Shown here: positions 1 to 11,775 of the stretch, in pieces
Position numbering within the stretch: position 1 is the first letter of the stretch
Layout: the number at the start of each line of letters is the position of its first letter
Origin: Balanoglossus misakiensis
Lineage: Eukaryota > Animalia > Hemichordata
NCBI GenBank assembly: GCA_040954595.2
Contig: CM082597.2
Location: 10,137,778-10,201,777 of the forward strand
DNA length: 64,000 nt
Reading direction: 5' to 3'
Notes under the pieces: generated by a model
Databases searched by the model: none
Told to the model about the DNA's origin: nothing
Seen by the model: only the letters and a program-made list of their open reading frames with translations
Translations under genes and position numbers: made by a program

Positions 1-84
1 GGTTAAGCTATGTCCACGTCTTATTGTGGAATTCTGGTCTGTGCAATAGTCCTGTACAGTGACTGTCTATTGGCTAGTGAGCAC

Positions 85-560
85 AATGGGGCCAAAATAA
101 AAGGCAAATTTTTGGGCTCACCTGTAACACCTGCTTAACACATTAATTATGTGCATACCTAATTCTGGGCTAATTAATAGGGCTAGAGGTTTCGTTCTTG
201 TGGGACATGGACCAGTATAGGGTCAAAATTTCTTGCCCAAATTTTGGGTGACCTCAGGTGACCTTTGACCTACTTTCCTATATCTGGGCATCCAGAGCAG
301 GTACAGACTTGGCGTTTGGAGGGTTGGGACTAAAATTGAAAAGCCAAAATATGGGTCACCTGTGACACCTGCATATCTCATTAATTATGTGCATACCTAA
401 TTACAGGCTAACCAATAGGGCTATAGGTTTGGTTTTTGTTCAACATGGACCAGTATAGGGTCAAAATTTCTTGCCCAAATTTTGCATGACCTCAGGTGAC
501 CTTTGACCTACTTTTCCATATCTTGGCATCCAGAGCAGATATGCTTATTGCTATGTTGGG
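85..560. repeat. Two diverged copies of a ~238-bp tandem/satellite-like unit
   Basis: CATGGACCAGTATAGGGTCAAAATTTCTTGCCCAAATTTT at 206 and 444; both copies contain GACCTCAGGTGACCTTTGACCTAC. Confidence 0.8.
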
Positions 561-1056
561 ACCACAGTGTCCTTGACGCTATTTTTTTTCAAGTTCAACA
601 ACTAAACTGAGCTGCCATCAATCCATGACGACACTCGCCGACTCAATCTTGTGTATATTTATGTATGCATGCATGTACCAGATTAAAACAGAAGATCGAA
701 TGACACAATTGCTTCTAATAAATGCTCTTTATTCTTAATTTTAGTGTGAATTCTTAAATCAAGCAATGATCTCTCTGTATCAGTGTGACTGTCCATATCA
801 CTCAATGAAATGTCATATTTCTTCTCTCAAAATTCAATATGCACAGAGGACTTAGAATAGAGGAAAAAACATTACTGAGCCTCAGATGTCAGTTGACGTA
901 TGACCTGACTGTGGGCATGTATGAGAGTCCATCACAAAAAGTAAAGAAAAGACTATTTCCATGAAGAACTGCTGTGTGTAGTAGTGGTTATATAACGACA
1001 AGATTTGAAAGATATTTTTCCCAGCTATTAATAAAGTCCACGCAAGGGGGTTCACT

Positions 1057-1181
1057 TTATGAATACACTGTGACTGATTCCATATTCAACAGTTGCAGAG
1101 TCTCTGCTATGATGGGTGCCGTGTCAAGCTTGGTGTTAATTCCAACGATGAATGCTTTCTGCAGTAAAACATTTGCATACT
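1057..1181 (-). pseudogene. INTS1: INTS1 last coding exon (EYANVLLQKAFIVGINTKLDTAPIIAETLQLLNMESVTVYS*)
   Basis: tttcag acceptor, TAA at 1057-1059; resembles human C-terminus EHAAVLLHRAFLVG...ISEALRILHME. Candidate AATAAA at 728-733 (minus). Confidence 0.88.
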
Positions 1182-1708
1182 CTGAAACAAAAGAAAACAA
1201 AAGATCAGATGATCTGCGTTGACAAGGTATCAACTTACACTCAAAATTGTAATTATTGGCAACAAGACTGTCTAATTCTACTATTGGCTGCACTGTGCTA
1301 ACCAGTAAGTTCAGGTGTACACGCAAAATCCATTTGACCGAGAATCTGGGTGAAATAGGCTGTTACATGATGGCAAAGTCAAGATGATTACTGATGTCAA
1401 AACAATGCAAATTTATGCAATTGAAAGACTAGTTTTGTTTCATTTTACATTGTTGTAAAGTCTTCATTATTTAAAACTGTGAAAATCTCACAAAAGAAAT
1501 CTCTATTTACTGATCAGAATGCTTGATATGCTGGCCAATGGCAGCCATAATTGTTCAATTCTGACACTTTCTGTGAGCACAACAGTGGTTTAGAGAAATA
1601 GACTATCAACCACTGACCTAGTAACATCACACTTTCTCGTTTTGCTTCAGAATGGGAACATTTTAATTCTTTTAGAAACTCAATTCAGACTATCATAATA
1701 GGCCTTAC

Positions 1709-1818
1709 CTTGGCACAACAGAGCAAACTCAGGTAGATGTTGTAAAGCTACATTGACGACACTCTGGTCACTACTATGCAGACAATCAATGATGGCTGGC
1801 AGGAGTTCCTTGGCAGTG
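1709..1818 (-). pseudogene. INTS1: INTS1 exon (STAKELLPAIIDCLHSSDQSVVNVALQHLPEFALLCQ)
   Basis: caacag acceptor, gtaagg donor; matches human ...YCLGSQDFEVVQTALRNLPEYALLCQ. Confidence 0.88.
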
Positions 1819-2138
1819 CTGTTGACAATCAGTGGAAAGTCTAATAAGTGGAGTACCAATAATCGATATGCCTTTTTCATTTGCCCTTCCAAGACGATGC
1901 GAAAATGAGGCCAGAAAGTCATTGAGTAAAAATTCTATCGTATTGTGTTTGTCGTTATTGTTGGGACCAATGTTCGACAGCCACATTTTATTGTTAGGTA
2001 ATTTTATGGGCAACTTGCATCATATGTAACAACTGCATAATAGTTAAACAGGAGATTCCAGACTTATATACATGTACACACATTCAATATAATGAAAGAG
2101 AAGTTATAAGAGCTATTGGAGCTTTAATGTCTACATAC

Positions 2139-2228
2139 CTGGGTTTTTGTCTAATGTCTCATGATTAATGTATATGCTTTACTACTGCATTGACTGTAAC
2201 CGTCACTCATGAGCTGCATCAACTCAGT
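2139..2228 (-). pseudogene. INTS1: INTS1 exon with frameshift (TELMQLMSDGYSQCSSKAYTLIMRH*)
   Basis: gacag/gtatgt splice sites; 90 nt but flanking phases require 3n+2; in-frame TAG. Confidence 0.75.
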
Positions 2229-2465
2229 CTGTCATTAAAAAAAACAGAAAATTTATATCATTATTGGCATTCAAAATCATGATTCAATTGAATTTCACTT
2301 ACAATATTCCTAGTTTCTAAGGAAAACTTTGGTTAGTGGTTTTGTTGAATTCAGAACTCTCAAATGACACTTATGCAGGTCTTCAAGCAATGCCCGAGTC
2401 ACTCAAGCTTTGGAACTGAACCAAGTCTTGGCTGTGAAAGTGACAAAACTTCAGAGTAAACTTAC

Positions 2466-2536
2466 CGTGAAATAATGCAAGATATCCACTTTCCGTTTGG
2501 AAATGTCGTCCAATTCTTGAAGCCCTTCAAGTATCT
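2466..2536 (-). pseudogene. INTS1: INTS1 exon (EILEGLQELDDISKRKVDILHYFT)
   Basis: ttacag/gtaagt; matches human DLLEVLSDIDEMSRRRPEILSFFS. Confidence 0.85.
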
Positions 2537-3017
2537 CTGTAAAAAAACAGACAACAACAACCTCGTAAATCTGCACCGACTTTGATGTAGTTTCTGTCAA
2601 ATTTAATCTGGTTTGCAGGCTCAGGATTCTGCCCAGATAAGAGTACAGATTGCTTATTAAAATTCATACTCATTAATATTTATGTCTGTTGCAAGTCATA
2701 CCCATTCGTCGATGATCAAAATGAGACAATAGACTGGGTTGAGTACGTAATAGTGCTTGTCGGCAGCCTTTACAAACTTTTTCGCTTGAGTGCCCATGGC
2801 ATATCCAACAATGAGGCTGAATCTCCATAGAATTATCAGATGACATGTAGGGCGCCCTCTGGAAGACTTATGTTTGACATGTATTCTGGCTATTCAGCTT
2901 GACTCAAACACAGGATTCTTGCACATTTGGACATAAATTCTGTGAACGCTTACTTTTTGCAATAGTGACAAGTGCATTAAATACATGTACTGCAAAAATA
3001 AGGAATGAAAAATTCAC

Positions 3018-3256
3018 CTTCAAGACTACTGTCGGAACCCAGTTTTATTTTGAGTGGTGTGACGTCCGACTTGGACCAGTGGGCCGCGGTCGATGAGGAG
3101 GCCATACCACTGAATGCACCCATGCTTGACCCCCTTGTGACCTGGGTTGCCATAGTGACATAGGCCTGGGAATCCTTGGCACTTCTGCTGGGCAGTGCGA
3201 CGCTGGCAACTAGGGCTTTCAATATGGACAGGTCAGGGTAGTAGTTACACAGATCA
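3018..3256 (-). pseudogene. INTS1: INTS1 exon (DLCNYYPDLSILKALVASVALPSRS...KIKLGSDSSLE)
   Basis: ccatag/gtgaat; matches human DLSFDNSDLVMLKSLLAGLSLPSR. Confidence 0.82.
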
Positions 3257-3545
3257 CTATGGAAACATGTAAGCGGTAATCAGTATACAACAAAGGAAGA
3301 ATTGTTCCACACTACATGTATTTCAATTATTACTAAAGCTCCAATACATGTAGCTGCCTTTTTCAACAGTATGGTACAACATGGTGGTCCATTTAAATGA
3401 GTTTACGGATAGACATACACGATGCATATACATAAACACACATACATTGTACTCATATGCATACTGTGAGGTACCAAGGTAAATGTTACCGTGGTTCCTC
3501 AGTCATTTTACCGGGGTTCCCCTTGGTATATCAGTGCAGTCATAA

Positions 3546-4227
3546 GGGGGGGTTACACGTGCCTGTTTACTCCGGACCTGACACCGGATTAAATTTAACC
3601 CGGTGTCAGTTTGACGTGTGACCAGACAACTCCGGACTAACACCGCATTAAAATAATCCGGAGTCGGAGGGGTGGTTCAGGTACGGTGCGCCGTCTTAAA
3701 CAATGACCTCTTCACACGTGTGACCCGATCGCCGAACTAAACACCGCACTAAATCTTGTCTTCCGGCTCGCGGTCATTACCACGATGGACAGCGTTCAAG
3801 CAAGATGCTCCCGCGATCGCGGCAACAATTGGTTAGATGACGAAGTCAAACTACTGATTTCAATCTGGAAAGACGAAAACGTTATCCGTATGATGGACGG
3901 CACGTCGAGGGATAGGCGAGTGTATGAGGTCATCGCTGCCAAGGCCAGGGAGAAGGGACTCGACAGAACCGCGGAGCAATGTCACAACAAAATCAAACGG
4001 TTGCGAAACCAATACAAAACTGTTTCCGACCACAACCATCGTTTTGGCGATTGTGGTTAAGTTGAGTTAGCCCAGTGAATACTGCTGAGGGCGCTTGACC
4101 CGAACTAAATTTAGAGCTTGTAAATTGACGTGTAAACGAGCGTTCTCCTAAGTCGCTGATAAGGAATGTTTACAGAGCGACAAATCCGATCAACTCTGGT
4201 TTAAAATTATTCACGTGTAACCCCAGC
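3546..4227 (+). mobile_element. Non-autonomous PIF/Harbinger-like element carrying only a Myb/SANT-like ORF
   Basis: 13-bp TIR GGGGTTACACGTG (3549-3561) / CACGTGTAACCCC (4212-4224); GC/CpG-rich versus flanks; TSD not clear. Confidence 0.65.
3785..4060 (+). CDS. Myb/SANT-like (trihelix-type) DNA-binding domain, 91 aa, transposon-derived
   Basis: W.DDEVKLLISIW...VYEVIA......GLDRTAEQCHNKIKRLRNQY is the typical Myb_DNA-bind_4/MSANTD pattern; ATG start, TAA stop. Confidence 0.8.
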   Translation: MDSVQARCSRDRGNNWLDDEVKLLISIWKDENVIRMMDGTSRDRRVYEVIAAKAREKGLDRTAEQCHNKIKRLRNQYKTVSDHNHRFGDCG

Positions 4228-4398
4228 AATAGTTAAAGCAGAAGCGTTACTAGTGTTCCCCGGCCTAAGCAAAAACTCTGATACATATTTAGTCAATGCA
4301 CATATTGCTAATTGGATGGATTCTTATCTTTTCAACAATGCACATGTTGAGTGCATACTCACTGTAAAATGTTGGCATGTTTTTCCAGCAATGTTGTT

Positions 4399-5379
4399 CA
4401 GTCAGGACGTAAGTGGGGTAATTACGGCGGTGAGATCAAAGAGATCTATTTGAATGTGAACGTCGCTGAGTGGCAGTTACGGCCAGTTCGAAACATTTTC
4501 AAACAGAGATTTTCGGTACTACAAGTGATCGTAGTGCACCCATTTTTCTAAGACGTGTATGAAACACCATAGTCAATGATAGGATGATTTTTCGTGAAGT
4601 TTTAACGACGCATTCCCGGTATGTTGGTTTAAATTGTGGTCCTTGACTCTCGGCAAAGATTTCTTGTCTTGAAAAAAATTGGGTAGGTTAGGAAGATATT
4701 GAACTAAGTTACCATGAAATTATAATGTTGAGAGCCGCTCCGTTGTGGAGTAATGACGGTGTAAAAATTGCCTTCGCCATCGACGAGTACAGCCGTGTTT
4801 GCCATATGTGTATGCATTGAAGTAGGTCAACGCATGTTAACCCATGACGTAATGGCTTCCTTTTCAACGCGTCGTTATCTCTCATTAGCATATTACATAC
4901 AGAGTCTATACACTGTCCACACTGACTGACTTCTCAGGACTGACCTATGGCACTGTAAATTGTGGTCCTTGACTCTCGGCATGGATATATTCATGTCAAA
5001 ATTATGAATAGAGGAGTTTAATAAAAAATGTTTCCAAAACCTGAGGGGGTTAATTTTTGTGTGGGTATGGCTGATATTTTTTTTTTTATTTTTTAACTTC
5101 AAGGTCACTTTGAATTTCGTAATCACAATTTTGTCAGTGGAAGTAAAGAAATTCTTCTCGATAAAACTTCATTAAAAATCACATGTAGTACACTCATAGT
5201 ACCAGTAATGTGCCTGGGGTGAAATAATTGTCAGAAATGGGTTGCAAGTTGCTTAACTTTCGTTGTGAAAAAAGTTGAAAAACTGTATGCAAATGAGCAA
5301 TTCAAACGTTACTGGCCAGTTCAAGTGTTTGCATTGCATGATCCCCTGCTGTTTAATTACCCCACTTACGTCCTGACTG
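4399..5379. mobile_element. 981-bp non-autonomous DNA transposon with perfect 26-bp TIRs
   Basis: CAGTCAGGACGTAAGTGGGGTAATTA at 4399 and its reverse complement ending at 5379; no coding ORF; no TSD. Confidence 0.8.
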
Positions 5380-6208
5380 GTAAGGCAAGCAGTCCCCCCC
5401 CCCCCCCCCCCCCCTAGTACACTGACGGTGCAGGCGGGAAAGCGATTAGCAGCGTTTAATGAACTTGCATGCATAATGTATCCCGCCCGGATACCGCGCT
5501 GATTAGCACCTCGTTAGTGTACTGTTGTGTTGCAGGCTTCTGATTTTGCTGACAGTCTTCAGCGTGTACTCATATGGGTGAAAGGAGAGTGAGAATTGTG
5601 CATGATTATGTCAGTTTTGAACTTTCATGTCTGTTTTGGACTGAGAGCTGTTGAATGAGAGAGAGAGAGGGAGAGAGAGATCGCGCTCGAACAATCAGGG
5701 GGTCACGCAGACGTAATCTTTTCATTGGCGTGATACTGATATCACCACGTAACTTGCAATTCCCAAGAGTGCGACTGTACGTACGTAAACTGTATCAAAT
5801 TCAACTCATTCACGTCATATGAGAGGAGGTATACCGTGCGAATGCGAGCGCTGGGGGAACCGGGTACCGCCTACTTGAAATGGACCTCTTCCCTTAGTGA
5901 AGTCAAATAATCATAATTATCTATCATGTAAGAAGTCAAAAATGTAAGAGAATGTTTTAATAAATATGTCAACTTATTATTTATATTCCCCTGTATATAT
6001 TCCCCTGTAAATGTCTCATAATTTGAGGAATAATATTTTGGAAGCTGAACGGAAGTTGCAACTCAAATCAAATTTCAACTTCTCCAATATATGGAATAAC
6101 ACTATAAGCCTACTGACTTGAGAAACTCAAATTGAATTTCAAATTCTCGAACAAACGAAAATATGTTTGAATGTAAGTAATCTTACTATAAAATTGACAT
6201 GCAATTAC

Positions 6209-6387
6209 CTGTCGTTGGTGAAGCAAACTGAACAATGGACATGACAAATGATGTTTTCTGTGTAGATTATAAATAAACTGACTCTCATCACTTGATGTTA
6301 GGATTTCTTGCATTGCCAGAATGATGTGATCACCAGAATTCTCTGATGAATCAAACAATTTCAGCCTGGAGATTCCCTGGACAGTGT
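6209..6387 (-). pseudogene. INTS1: INTS1 exon I (TLSREISRLK...HRKHHLSCPLFSLLHQRQ), 7 copies
   Basis: cacag/gtaatt; matches human MHRSHFLACPLLRQLCQYQ; this copy has a 1-bp deletion near 6373. Confidence 0.82.
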
Positions 6388-6521
6388 CTGTGTGAGAAAT
6401 GATGGCAAAATATTAATATCATTTATTAGGAAACCTGGCCAGTCACTGAGAAATCTGTCGGCCTTTACAAAGTATAGTTCATAATCTTCTCATAAAATGA
6501 TAAAGTTGCCGCAAAGGTATA

Positions 6522-6693
6522 CAGTCACCTATAATTTACATACGCCCATATATGGCTGAAATGGCGTATTTGAGCGTTCTAAAGGACATATGGCGGCGCT
6601 CTTTTTTTCGCGTGTGCCACCCACTGAAAATCTGTGATTGGCTAGATCTCAAGTTTACCATGGTAACTGTAGTTAAATTACCATAGGTGACAA
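6522..6693. mobile_element. ~170-bp MITE flanked by TA (in every array-1 unit)
   Basis: TA-CAGTCACCTAT ... ATAGGTGACAA-TA imperfect inverted termini. Confidence 0.5.
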
Positions 6694-6763
6694 TATACCT
6701 TAACATATCATATTTCTTCTGGGAAGTGTAATTGTTTTAAGATCAAATATTACATGTACATAC

Positions 6764-6832
6764 CAATTGTATGCCTTTCAGATATTGTCTTTCCGTTGAT
6801 GCACTCACTTTGTGCTCACCAATACTGAATAG
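6764..6832 (-). pseudogene. INTS1: INTS1 exon H (LFSIGEHKVSASTERQYL[K/R]GIQL), 7 copies
   Basis: ttacag/gtatgt, 69 nt, phase-compatible with both neighbours; weak sequence similarity. Confidence 0.6.
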
Positions 6833-7236
6833 CTGTAAATATAATCAAAGGAGAAGAAATCACTCACTCATTAGCAATGATACTGCAAAAGTGGAAGTGA
6901 CTGATTTTGAGTATGAAGATTTTGCTCTCCAACCATTTTCACACAACGGCCATAAAACTTAAAGAAGAACTATTAAATTACCCAGCCTGATAAGTTTTGT
7001 GGTGTTTGGAAAGTCGTCCATGTCTGATGACACAAGATCAGCTTTTGATTGTAACATGAGACATGATCAGCTGTGTTTTGGTTCAAAAGAACATGACCTG
7101 GTTTAAGAAGCCTTGCAACTTCAGGTGACTACAGAAGGAGCTATACTGTGCCCATTGGCCTTGATTTGACTGAGAAACCATGATTTACTGAAAAGCCACT
7201 TGGAAAGGGTCCACTTTATTTCTAAACCAAACTTAC

Positions 7237-7364
7237 CTTCAGGAAGATCATCTTGGCTGACTCTTGACTATCTACAGTGACTTTTCTTGCATCCATCTTG
7301 GCTGCAACATCTTTCTTTTCATCCACCTGCATTGCCTCACTTTTCTCCTCTTTCTTTTCCTCAT
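7237..7364 (-). pseudogene. INTS1: INTS1 exon G (DEEKKEEKSEAMQVD...SAKMIFLK), 7 copies
   Basis: ttgcag/gtaagt; open frame, charged linker. Confidence 0.65.
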
Positions 7365-7646
7365 CTGCAAATAAAAATTGTGTTATGTCCAGGAAATATT
7401 ATTTACTTTCTGAGAAGAAACTGGAATATCTAGCTTTGCAAATCAGTTAGTGAAATAAGAGAACGCAAACAATTAATTGTCATGAAATAGTCACCTCTGT
7501 TAATATCGCGAAAAATTTCCCATCACAAAAATTACCAAGATTACAGTAACCTAAAAATATAAAATCCTAATAATGTCCAAAGTTGAAGAATTCTATATGT
7601 ATGACTTAACTTTTGAGACACTATTTCACAACACAAATACTAGTAC

Positions 7647-7805
7647 CTTTGTTCTCTTTATCCAGGAATGAATTTTTTTCCACCTTCTGCTCCTCTCATC
7701 TGTTGAACTTCCACTAACTGAGCCATGTATCCTTTGTCAACCACAGCCTGTTCCATACTGTACAGATCTTGTCTGCAGGCCATGTCGAGATGCTGCAGTA
7801 GTTTG
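7647..7805 (-). pseudogene. INTS1: INTS1 exon F (KLLQHLDMACRQDLYSMEQAVVDKGYMAQLVEVQQMRGAEGG..., frameshifted), 6 copies
   Basis: tcacag/gtacta; matches human KLLQFLDQAV...DKNYMAHLVEVQHERGASGG; TAA at 7658-7660. Confidence 0.85.
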
Positions 7806-8177
7806 CTGTGAAAAGAAACAGAAGTGTTACATGTGTATGTGTGTTACAGGGCCAGATCACGGCACATCATGACAAAATCTTTGTGAATATGGTGCTAGCA
7901 TCATGTTTATAGCAGATCATGTGTATTCATACTTGTGGGCCAAATGACCTTAATATGTGGTTTGTTGTATGACTTAATTATAACACACACACCCAGTTTT
8001 TTTAATAGTCCTGCTTGAAAGATCACAGAGTGTCTTTGGCTACTGAAAAGCACCACCACAATGAGAGATAACTCACAACACCGAAGAGTAAATCTCTAAA
8101 GTTGTAATTTAAACCAAGTATGAAAATTGGGATGTACGGTAGCTTTGATGAGGAATAATTCTAGAGTTACAACATAC

Positions 8178-8250
8178 CTCATGCTGTTGACTGGTATACC
8201 AAAGGACTGCACAAACAAGACCAACTGAGCTGGTTCCAAGTCTTCCAGGG
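8178..8250 (-). pseudogene. INTS1: INTS1 exon E (LEDLEPAQLVLFVQSFGIPVNSM), 6 copies
   Basis: tttcag/gtatgt; matches human LQDLEPQQLLLFVQSFGIPVSSM; the copy near 17000 has a 4-bp insertion. Confidence 0.9.
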
Positions 8251-9315
8251 CTGAAAAAAATGACAAATTCAGGATGAAAACAACAAAAGTTTGGTGAGAA
8301 AAGATCCCAAGTTGAATTGACACACAGATTGGCAGATATTTCCACGAAATATCACATGTAAATGGTGCAACAACAGATTAACCGATCAGGCCATGACAAA
8401 TACTGCACCTCTTCACAAAAACTGCTGGGTTGCAATTTATAGCATAAAATTACTGTAAAACAGGAAATTTTTGTGATATCACAAGAGAGCTGACTATTCC
8501 ATTGCTCACATTGTTTCTTTGCGACCATTTATTTTCACGTTTTTTGGCTCTCACGAAATTCGCAAAAATTTCCCCTTTTACAATAGTATGGTTGGATCTA
8601 TACAATGTATACATTGAATGGGGATGAACACTGGACAGTGGAGCATTCTATATTAAAATTTGGGAAAACATTGAAGCCATATTAAGGTCATACTTGATTA
8701 AGCTGAAAGTCGGCACAGAATAAATTTGAAATTCAATTGGCTACAAAAATTGACTTTTCTGCCATTCTGAGATCTCCATGCTGAGCTCAATTATGTTGCT
8801 GCTTCATATAGTGGTCAGCAATAAAAACTTACTACTGTTACAGTGGTTATACATGTAACTCTTATTAAATGTTTTTTTTTTCTTGTTTTATCATGAAATC
8901 TGACAATATCACGAAATCTGACTGTGGGTGGCACGACAGAATAAAACTGGTTTTCGTCTCAACTTTTGTACATGTAGTGACACAATGAAAGAATGACAGA
9001 GAAACTGCTAACAGACAGATTATTATATATTTTTTTACCTTTTCATGTCACTTTTATAAAACACTGCATGGCAACAAATGTGAACCATGAACAATTTGCA
9101 AGACAATGAACTAGAAGTTGAACGAGATTTGAAGACCTGCTCTGGAAGTAATTGATTGACACCCACCCATGAGTAATATTCCGCATGGGGTTGTGTGGCT
9201 TTCTTCAAGTAATTGTAGAATATATGTAACATGGATGTCAGTGTACATAGTCAGATCTTTACACGATTTTCTGTGTACAAAGATCAACCTGAAGAAGTAT
9301 GATACAATTTCTCAC

Positions 9316-9567
9316 CTAGTTGAGTCTGTCCTTGGTTTGAGTAACCAATCGATACATTTATGCAAAGTCTGCCAATTACTCTGGTGGCTCAACAGTGCCA
9401 GCAAATAAGCACTGCACGAACTTTGAACTTTGCCCTCTGTTCTGGGTTTGTGCGTCTTGACAAAGAGTAACCGGTGTTGCAGTTGAGGGCAACTTTGCAC
9501 AATCTCGGGGTCCAGGAGCTCCAGCCAATCAATAAGCAGCCCTGCCGTTGACCAGCCTAATTCGCAT
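9316..9567 (-). pseudogene. INTS1: INTS1 exon M (GLLIDWLELLDPEIVQSCPQLQHRLLF...HQSNWQTLHKCI), only here and at 18119-18370
   Basis: tcacag/gtgaga; matches human GLLVDWLEMLDPEVVSSCPDLQLRLLF...HQSSWPTLHQCI. Confidence 0.9.
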
Positions 9568-9759
9568 CTGTGACAATGTGTAATTAAAGAGAAATATACA
9601 GTCAGTGGAGTAAAGGGTATAACACAATCATACTGATGGAATTCTCACTACCTGAAATAGGTTTTTGCTACCTAGGTGAGTGATGAATAAAGGTCTAATG
9701 TCCTCTCTGATATAACATACTAGTGTATGGTAAATGTCTTTCAGAGATCTACACATTAA

Positions 9760-9946
9760 AGGGACAAACTCTCTACAGTTAATTCATTTTGGGGAGATTT
9801 TTACTCTCATATCCTACAAACGGGATGGAAGTTGTGTGTGGTCGAACATTGATTCACTATATATCCACATGTAGAATAACATAAATGGTGTCTTGTATCA
9901 AACATAATGTATGGAAAAAGGGCAGCGAGAGAGAGACTTTGTCCCT
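9760..9946. mobile_element. 187-bp TTAA-flanked MITE (Kolobok-like termini); copies start at 18563, 25883, 33204, 39188, 45195
   Basis: TTAA-AGGGACAAACTCTCT ... AGAGACTTTGTCCCT-TTAA. Confidence 0.7.
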
Positions 9947-10117
9947 TTAAATATCATAGCTGGCATACAGTTATAAATATGCATTTTTTGATTTATGTCT
10001 TGCAAGTACAAAACTGTTCTTTATTAAAAAGAAATACAGACAAGGTGATCCCAGGAACATAAAACCCAAAACTCAAAGCTACCAGGCAGATGAGTCTTGA
10101 GATAAACTTGGACTTAC

Positions 10118-10271
10118 TTGTCAATCAATCTGGACTGCTCTTGTAACAACAACTCACTCAATGCTTCACTGGTGCTGGATGATTTTGTTGGCACTTGCAT
10201 AGCAACAGATAAGGCTTTATTCAGAAACTCTTCTAGTTGGCTGGAATTGGCGCCTGTCAGCTGGTGATACA
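10118..10271 (-). pseudogene. INTS1: INTS1 exon L (YHQLTGANSSQLEEFLNKAL...SELLLQEQSRLID), 6 copies
   Basis: atgcag/gtaagt; resembles human SPHLEELLTAFF...SSLLLQEE. Confidence 0.75.
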
Positions 10272-10945
10272 CTGCATGTGGTGCAAAGTCAAACAAAATT
10301 CACCCAATCATAAAATGTATCATTAACATGATCATACCATAAAAAAATGTGAATGAATTACAATTATAGCGTGCGCATATTGAATCATACGAAATCACAC
10401 CAAATAACGCGAGACTTAGAAATAACATTACATGTGTATGGTGCCACTTAAACGACACCATTTATTCTTTTTGAGCCTAAATCATGTTTAACCACAACTA
10501 GACAACCACAATGACCTTGTGAGAATGAAACCCACCAATAAATACATGTAGATAATCTGAAGCTATCACAGAAACAGAATGTCTTTGACAAAGTATTGCA
10601 AAGCCTTCAGTTGACCGCGAAAAAGTTGACGAAGCATGCATGTGGAAAGTGGAGTGTTGACAACAATGTGAATATATGCACGATAGCTTGCTGCGCTCGC
10701 ACTCAGGTCAAACCTGTTACATATTACCAAAAATGTGGATCTATATAATTAACATTGGGTCCGTTCCTTCTTATCCCACTCGTGTTTCTGTTTGTTTGGT
10801 GAGAATATCTAATAGGTTAGCCCCTTTCACTCCCAGTTCCTTCTTTAGAGGTCCAACCTTACCATAGAAAACGATGGGTTTGGACTGGAACATGGCGGTG
10901 AAAGGGTTCAGGTGCTTGAGGGAGTGTTAAAAATGCAGACTTTAC

Positions 10946-11071
10946 CTTTCTATAACATGTCTCTATCTACAGCCATCCGTCCCTCAGTGACGGCTTCAAT
11001 GATTTCACTCACTTCATCCAAGTTGCCACCACTGGCTCTGATGGGACTTTTCTCACTGCTCAGGGATTTCG
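10946..11071 (-). pseudogene. INTS1: INTS1 exon K (KSLSSEKSPI...NLDEVSEIIEAVTEGRMAVDRDML*K), 6 copies
   Basis: ttccag/gtaaag, phase-compatible; in-frame TAG at 10950-10952 in all copies. Confidence 0.6.
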
Positions 11072-11642
11072 CTGGAAGGAAGGACGTAAGACTGGAATTA
11101 AGGCATACGTCCCTACATAAAGGGAGGACATTTGGACATGATACCACAAATGGTTAATGGAGTTTCTGGGAAGGTTTTCAAATTCCAGGAATTTCCAGGA
11201 GTGTACGAATCCAGTTAAGAATTCTTTATGTCATGTGATCTGGCCATGTGACCTGCAGCATTGTCATTTCCAGGTGACGGCAAACAACATAGTGGCATCC
11301 AGTAAAAGTTTTCCACGTATGTAAGTACTTAAGAACCGCCAGACATGTAACATGTATCAGGTATAGTACCTCATCAGCCTCATGGCATTTTGTCTGCACA
11401 GTCTTTGTCTGCACCACGTTGCTGAAGTTGCCTGTCATCTGGAAAATTGAATGCCAACGTATTTGCGCTTGAGCGCGTCTGGCGTCTTTTGATATCAAAG
11501 AATAAATGCATTGTACAAACTTGAAAGTATGTAGAATTTTTCTATTTATCCTGTGTGATATAGTGAAAACGCTCAAGTTACAGTTTGTGTATGGTTTTGA
11601 GAATTATTTCACTGCTTGAGGTAAGTGAAATAAACAGCTCAC

Positions 11643-11775
11643 CTTGTTGTCTGTTGACTTTTTCATACTGGTTGAGAAGTTTTGTAAACACACTGTTTTC
11701 AGACTTTGATGAACTCAAAATTGCAGACACTAGCTGGACAAATCTCATCATATCTTCCTTCTTTTCAAGATGTTT
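11643..11775 (-). pseudogene. INTS1: INTS1 exon J (KHLEKKEDMMRFVQLVSAILSSSKSENSVFTKLLNQYEKVNRQQ), 6 copies
   Basis: tttag/gtgagc, open frame, phase-compatible with exons I and K. Confidence 0.62.

Noticed and set aside
11226-11576. Recurrent 116-aa ORF and other 60-99 aa ORFs repeated in the track
   Set aside because: Recurrence is due only to the tandem arrays; they are intronic or off-frame, often with non-ATG starts
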